From positions 64,001 through 128,000 of the forward strand of contig JAHQWG010000047.1 in the NCBI GenBank assembly GCA_029856045.1: a DNA stretch of 64,000 nucleotides, given 5' to 3'. This DNA comes from Promethearchaeia archaeon (GTDB lineage: Archaea; Asgardarchaeota; Lokiarchaeia; Sigyniarchaeales; SOKP01). The notes under the pieces were generated by a model. The model saw only the letters and a program-made list of their open reading frames with translations. It was not told the origin of the DNA and did no database searches. Position numbers and translations under genes: made by a program. Below, piece after piece: positions 58,698 to 64,000 of the stretch. How positions within the stretch are numbered: position 1 is the first letter of the stretch; each line of letters begins with the position of its first letter.

Positions 58698-59501
58698 ATG
58701 AATTTAGGATTAGAACAAAAGAATGCTTTAGTTTTAGCATCAAGTAAGGGGTTAGGGTTAGCTAGTGCTAAAGGTCTTTATGAAGAAGGAGTAAATGTCG
58801 TAATTTGTAGTAGATCAAAGGAGAATTTAATAAAAGCAAAAAAAGAAATCGAACAAATTAAATCCTTAACAAAAGAAAATAAAGTCATTTCGGTAGTTGC
58901 AGATTTATTGAAAGAGGGAGATATAAAGAATCTTGTTGATAAAGTTTTAGAAGAATTTGGGAAAATAGATATTTTAGTGCATAACGCTGGAGGTCCACCA
59001 TCGGGTTCAATAAATAAAATTACTAAAGAAGAGTGGTTAAATTCTATTGATTTAAATTTACTTTCTTTTATTTGGATTACTCGAATGATATTACCAATAA
59101 TGCAGAAGCGGAAATCAGGTAGGATAATAGCAATAACTTCAGTTTCAGTAAAACAGCCCTTAGAAAATTTGGTTTTATCAAATACAACTCGTCTTGGTAT
59201 TGTTGGATATGCAAAAACTCTTGCTAATGAGTATGCAAAAGATAATATTTTAGTAAATGTTGTATGTCCTGGACCAAATTTAACAGATAGAATGAAGGAA
59301 TTAATTAATAGAACTGTTAAAGAAACAGGAAAATCGGAAATAGAAGTTAAAAGAGCATGGACAAGCCAAATTCCCTTAGGTCGATTGGGAAAACCTGAAG
59401 AGTTTGCTAATTTAGTCGTATTTTTAGCTTCCGAAAAGGCTAGTTATATAACCGGAACGGTTATTCAAGTAGATGGAGGTTTCATAAAAGGACCTTTTTA
59501 A
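58698..59501 (+). CDS. SDR-family oxidoreductase
   Basis: ASSKGLG, NAGGP, SNTTR, VDGG. Confidence 0.92.
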   Translation: MNLGLEQKNALVLASSKGLGLASAKGLYEEGVNVVICSRSKENLIKAKKEIEQIKSLTKENKVISVVADLLKEGDIKNLVDKVLEEFGKIDILVHNAGGPPSGSINKITKEEWLNSIDLNLLSFIWITRMILPIMQKRKSGRIIAITSVSVKQPLENLVLSNTTRLGIVGYAKTLANEYAKDNILVNVVCPGPNLTDRMKELINRTVKETGKSEIEVKRAWTSQIPLGRLGKPEEFANLVVFLASEKASYITGTVIQVDGGFIKGPF

Positions 59502-59577
59502 AAGAGTTAAAATTAGGAAATTAGAACTTTTCTTATCAAATTGAATCTTTTTATGCAATTCTAATTAAATTAATAGT

Positions 59578-60903
59578 ATGAAAAATAATTCTAAAAAAAT
59601 TCCTATTTTATCAATAATTTTGTTTATAACGATCGTTACGTTAATTTCATCCATTTCAAATATGATTTCTCCAAATCTCCTCATTATTTCAAACTATTTT
59701 GGATTTGGAGGGAATACTACTCCATTAGGAGTACTCACATTTTCATTTACCATCTTAACAGGGATAGCAATGTTGATCTTTGGTATTTTAGCAGATAAAA
59801 TAATAAGAAAATGGATTGTCTTCATTGGAACGATAATTTTTTCAATATTTTCATTTCTCACGATCTTCATTCCATCAGGATTAACAGGATATTTTTTATT
59901 TTTTTTCTTAACAATCATAACAGGTATTGGATATGGCGCTTTGATTCCATGTATCTTCTCATTGATAGGTGATATTGTCTCTCAAGAGGATCGATCTAAG
60001 GGTTTCTCTTTCTTTTCAATATCGTCGCTAATAGGAATGGTCATCGGAACGGTTTTAGCAATAGTTCTAGGTACCATGGATTGGCGTATCTCTTATTCAG
60101 TTATAGGCATTGCCGGGTTTATTAGTGGTCTGCTCTTTATTTTTTTCCAAGAACCATCTCGAGCTGGCAGAGACTATTCATACATGCTTGAAAAAGATGC
60201 AGTGGAATATACATATAGGATAAATTTTTCTGACCTGAAAGTAATCTTTAAAAAGAAAGCCAATATTTGGTTAATCATCAATTTCGTCGATACAATTCCA
60301 ACTGGTATTATATTATTTTTGCTCTTTGCTTATATGGAAGACTATCATGGGATTTCTTCTGATGTAACTTTGATTTATTTAATATTCATTCTACTTGCCA
60401 CACTAATTGGGACTATAGTATTTGGTTTTATTGGAGATAAACAATTTAAAAAAGGCAGCAAAAAAGCACGTGTAAAACTTGCATTATTGGGAAATATAAT
60501 TCCTATTCCATTTATCTTCATTGCTTTAATAATTCCTTTCAGAGCTCCGGATTTAATTCCCGGAATTTTAATTTGGTTAATATTGTTCATGATTGGAATA
60601 TTTATAAATGGTGCTGTAAATGGTAATTGGTATGCAACGGTCGTTGATTTAAACCTTCCCGAACATCGTGGAACTGTGCTTGCAACCTCTAATTGCTTTG
60701 ATATTATTGGAAGAGCTATAGGTCCATTGATTGGATCAATTTTTGCAGATACATTTGGTTTTGTTTATGGAATGATGATTTCAATTTTCTTTTGGATTTT
60801 TATTCCATTCTTTTGGATTGGTGTACTTAAAAATATTGTTCCTGAAATGGAGGCGACAGAAAAAATATTTGCTGAAAGACTCGAATCATTGATTAAAAAA
60901 TAA
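59578..60903 (+). CDS. MFS transporter
   Basis: About 12 TM, G.LADK..RK, PEHRG. Confidence 0.9.
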   Translation: MKNNSKKIPILSIILFITIVTLISSISNMISPNLLIISNYFGFGGNTTPLGVLTFSFTILTGIAMLIFGILADKIIRKWIVFIGTIIFSIFSFLTIFIPSGLTGYFLFFFLTIITGIGYGALIPCIFSLIGDIVSQEDRSKGFSFFSISSLIGMVIGTVLAIVLGTMDWRISYSVIGIAGFISGLLFIFFQEPSRAGRDYSYMLEKDAVEYTYRINFSDLKVIFKKKANIWLIINFVDTIPTGIILFLLFAYMEDYHGISSDVTLIYLIFILLATLIGTIVFGFIGDKQFKKGSKKARVKLALLGNIIPIPFIFIALIIPFRAPDLIPGILIWLILFMIGIFINGAVNGNWYATVVDLNLPEHRGTVLATSNCFDIIGRAIGPLIGSIFADTFGFVYGMMISIFFWIFIPFFWIGVLKNIVPEMEATEKIFAERLESLIKK

Positions 60904-60960
60904 ATAATTAAAAATAAACAACTTTTTTTTATATATTTCATTTTTAAAATAAATTGAACT

Positions 60961-61656
60961 ATGAGCAGCATTAAAGAATTATTCGGAATTAATTTTAATT
61001 ATCTGTATGAAACAATAGCTGTAACTCTTGCAAAATTAGAGAAGGAAAAAAAAATTATTCCCAATTCTGCTTGTATGGGCGTTAAATTCCTTGATAATAA
61101 CACATTTCAAATGACTCCATATCTTGAGACAGATACATATAAGAATTTGATTAAAAGTCCATATGTTTCAATCAATTTTGTTGATAATATTTATTTTTAT
61201 GCACTTGCCGCTTTATTGGGTGAGAATTCAGGTCACACTGAAAGAGAATTTCCAGATTCCTATTATGATTCAAAAGATGAAATTCCTTACTTAAAGGAAT
61301 CGTGGGGGGTAATTTTTGGAGAGTTGGATGAGCATAAAATAATAACTAAAGCCACTCATCTTGGGGAAAATAATGTTCTTCAAGCTAATTTTAAATTTTT
61401 TGATTTCATTAAGAGAAGAGAATCATTTCATCTTAAAAATAGGGCTGAAAATCTTGCTCTTGAATCAATTATTCTCACAACGAGGTTAAGGATTGCAATT
61501 AAAAAAGAAAACAGAGAAATGTATGAAAAAATCTATGATAGGATCTTATATTACAGGGAACAAATTGATCAATTTTCTAAAAATAAAAATGCGTTAAAAA
61601 CCATGAATTTTATTATGGAATATATTGATAAAAACATTAATATCTTAAAAAAATAA
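60961..61656 (+). CDS. DUF447 family protein
   Basis: YETI, PNSACMG, T.TYKNL, NRA..L.LE..I..TR. Confidence 0.8.
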   Translation: MSSIKELFGINFNYLYETIAVTLAKLEKEKKIIPNSACMGVKFLDNNTFQMTPYLETDTYKNLIKSPYVSINFVDNIYFYALAALLGENSGHTEREFPDSYYDSKDEIPYLKESWGVIFGELDEHKIITKATHLGENNVLQANFKFFDFIKRRESFHLKNRAENLALESIILTTRLRIAIKKENREMYEKIYDRILYYREQIDQFSKNKNALKTMNFIMEYIDKNINILKK

Positions 61657-62199
61657 AAAATATCTGGGGGTTTTCTCCATATATATTCGATATTTTTCAC
61701 CATATTTTTCTAGACAATATCTTTCTTCTGCTAAAATTAATAGATGCAAAAATATTGCATATACTAATATTAATATAATCATAATCCAGGATAAAGAGGC
61801 AATTGCTATTCCAATAAATATAATGGAACTAGAAAAATACATTGGATTTCTTGATATTTTATAAACGCCCTCTATAACTGGTTCATCTGATGAGTGAGTG
61901 AAAAAATTTTTGTATGCAATAATCATAAAAATTATCGCTAGACAATATATAATTAGACCTATATAAAACCAGATTGTCTCCAGAGAGAGAGGAATCCAGA
62001 TACAATAAATCATAATGCCATAAAATAATATATTTGTTATTCCAGCGAATATTTTTTCCCTTTTTTTATAATATGATGTATCAGAGGCACGTTTTACAAA
62101 TTCTTTATAAAATAAATAGGGGAGAAAATTTAATAATAGAATAGGGATCACTAATATCCAGGCATTCAACAATCCAATTTCATGATTTGGAAGGTACAT
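61645..62199 (-). CDS. ICMT/PEMT family membrane methyltransferase
   Basis: G.YKISRNPMY, AEE..C..KYG..Y..Y...PRY. Confidence 0.88.
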   Translation of the reverse strand: MYLPNHEIGLLNAWILVIPILLLNFLPYLFYKEFVKRASDTSYYKKREKIFAGITNILFYGIMIYCIWIPLSLETIWFYIGLIIYCLAIIFMIIAYKNFFTHSSDEPVIEGVYKISRNPMYFSSSIIFIGIAIASLSWIMIILILVYAIFLHLLILAEERYCLEKYGEKYRIYMEKTPRYFLFF

Positions 62200-62329
62200 A
62201 TTTAATATTATTCTCGTCTTTAGTATTTGTAGTTAAAAATTGGGAAAATTCTACAAAAATTGAAGATTCGATTCTTGAGAAAATTCAATAATCATAATAT
62301 ATTAATTATTAAAATAATTTAAACATAGA

Positions 62330-63577
62330 GTGATAATGAGAAAAATTGAATTAATGTGCCCCGCAAAGAATTGGAAATCTCTTAAAGCAATGCTGGGCAA
62401 TGCTGATGCTGTTTATTTCGGAATCGAAATTTTAAACATGCGAATGATGGCAGACAATTTTAAATTGGAGGAATTGCCAAGGGTTGTAAAATTTTGCCAT
62501 GAAAATAATATTCAAACGTACTTAACAACTAATATAATTATTTACGAAAATGAAATAGAAAAACTTTCGCAGGTTTTAGATGAGGCTGCAACCGCAGAAA
62601 TTGACGCAGTTATTGTCCATGATGTAGGGGCAATCGAACTAGCAAAAGAAAGAAACCTTGATTTTCATATTTCAACACAAGCAAGTATATCAAATTCGAT
62701 GTCTGCAAAATATTATGAAAGTTTAGGGGCGAATAGGCTTATACTTGCTAGAGAACTTACTCTTGAACAAATTAAAGAAATAAAACAAAAATTAGAGAGA
62801 ACTGAAATCGAGGTTTTTGTGCATGGGGCACAATGCACTTCAATATCAGGAAGATGTTACTTCTCAGCCGATGTTTTAGAATCATCTGAGTTTTCAGCTA
62901 ATAGGGGAAAGTGTATACAACCTTGTAGAAGGAGTTGGATTGTTACTGATGATACAGGAAAGAGTTTTATTTATGATGGAGTCTATTTTTTGAATACAAA
63001 GGATTTATGCATGATTGAATACATCCCACAGCTTATTGAAGCGAATATAGATGCATTTAAAATTGAAGGAAGAATGCGGGACCCTATTTATGTGGAGATA
63101 ACTTCAAAATGTTATCGGGAAGCAATTGATTCATATTATAATGGGACCTACACAGAGGAAAAGGTTGAAGATTGGTTAAAAGAACTAAAAAAAGTATATA
63201 ATAGAGGATTTTCTACGGGTTTTTATTTCGGTCAGCCTCAAGCCACTGAAATTGAACGTGAAACATCTGGAAATGTTTCAGAGTTTAGAAAAAGAGAAGT
63301 TGGTCGAGTTCTTAGTTATTTTCGAAAGAAAAAAGCGGCGAAAATTTTACTTACTTGGGGTCAATTAAAAGTGGGAGATGAGATAATTATAATGGGAATA
63401 AAAACCGATACTTATCTTCGTCAAAAAATATCATCTCTTCAAATTAAGAAAAAGATTGTAACAGAAACACCGAAGGCATCTAAAGGAAATCATATAACCG
63501 TTGGAATTTTAGTTGATTCTCCAATTAAAGAAAATGATAGAATATACATATTGGATAGATACTCATCAAATAATTAA
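62330..63577 (+). CDS. U32 peptidase family (Fe-S; RNA hydroxylase-like)
   Basis: ADAVY.G, H.STQ, LAREL, E.FVHGA.C.S.SGRC, NRG.C.Q.CR, KIEGR. Confidence 0.93.
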   Translation: MIMRKIELMCPAKNWKSLKAMLGNADAVYFGIEILNMRMMADNFKLEELPRVVKFCHENNIQTYLTTNIIIYENEIEKLSQVLDEAATAEIDAVIVHDVGAIELAKERNLDFHISTQASISNSMSAKYYESLGANRLILARELTLEQIKEIKQKLERTEIEVFVHGAQCTSISGRCYFSADVLESSEFSANRGKCIQPCRRSWIVTDDTGKSFIYDGVYFLNTKDLCMIEYIPQLIEANIDAFKIEGRMRDPIYVEITSKCYREAIDSYYNGTYTEEKVEDWLKELKKVYNRGFSTGFYFGQPQATEIERETSGNVSEFRKREVGRVLSYFRKKKAAKILLTWGQLKVGDEIIIMGIKTDTYLRQKISSLQIKKKIVTETPKASKGNHITVGILVDSPIKENDRIYILDRYSSNN

Positions 63578-63672
63578 TAGAATTGAAGAAAATTCTATCA
63601 TATACCTATAGTATTTAATTTTTTGATTTGGAAATAAAAAGCATTATTAAATATTTGATTCTATTTGTATTT

Positions 63673-64000
63673 ATGAAAGATATTAAATATCTACTTAAAA
63701 TTATTTTTGGGACATTTTCATTAGTATCCACAGTCGGTTTGATATTCATTGGACTAATGGAGCTTTACCTTTTTAATTTGGATTTACCAGGTGCAGAAGA
63801 TGCCATTATCATCACTATGATAGGCTCGATAGTGGGATTTTTCTTAATGTGGTTTCTTGATAAAAATGAGAAATTTAAAAGCACATTTCAGCGAGTGGAA
63901 GGAAGATTCAATTTCCGATGGTTTATTATCTTGCCAATTGCATTTTCTATAAATATTATTTCGTTTCTTTATTTTTTTATCAATTCTAATATTTCACTTG
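63673..64000 (+). CDS. Membrane protein, 5' part (possibly CPBP/Abi protease)
   Basis: Frame open from ATG 63673 to the window end with three hydrophobic segments; no diagnostic motif visible. Confidence 0.55.
   Translation, partial: MKDIKYLLKIIFGTFSLVSTVGLIFIGLMELYLFNLDLPGAEDAIIITMIGSIVGFFLMWFLDKNEKFKSTFQRVEGRFNFRWFIILPIAFSINIISFLYFFINSNISL

Noticed and set aside
2157-60971. Short ORF-track entries overlapping real genes (e.g. 2157, 8029, 9097, 9192, 10242, 12291, 16783, 18715, 26784, 33421, 38775, 52338, 56383, 59694)
   Set aside because: They are antisense or alternate-frame shadows of well-supported CDS with no recognisable motifs.
1-64000. CRISPR array, IS element, integrase, rRNA
   Set aside because: I saw no regularly spaced repeats, no transposase or recombinase motifs and no long GC-rich RNA gene.

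Overview
This is an AT-rich archaeal chromosome segment, almost certainly Asgard (Lokiarchaeia-like). The evidence is an archaeal histone, proteasome beta, SRP19, L7Ae, S8e, S28e and Lsm, plus eukaryote-signature proteins (a RING-H2/TPR protein, a roadblock-Rab GTPase fusion, a JAMM protease). It holds about 60 CDS and two tRNAs: Arg-CCU, and Pro-GGG with a D-loop intron. I found no integrase, transposase or CRISPR array. Highlights read from the sequence: (1) three successive accessory blocks between 19.9 and 35.4 kb, each bracketed by a different diverged direct repeat of about 90-150 bp. One repeat is an in-frame copy of the leuB 3' end with mostly silent changes, which suggests integrase-free, homology-anchored cassette capture. 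(2) One cassette encodes a WxL/Csu-like secreted subunit plus a membrane-anchored partner. (3) A RING-H2 E3 gene sits head-to-head with a roadblock-Rab-pseudoGTPase gene. (4) A predicted tandem double kink-turn buries the rpl7ae Shine-Dalgarno. (5) hypA and a response regulator appear to start with ATA. Also present are an uncharacterised enzyme/ferredoxin cluster, a D-peptide scavenging cluster, an orphan Pepco-like protein, a UBA-like protein and an unannotated GH172 gene remnant. All family calls come from motif recognition; no database searches were run.
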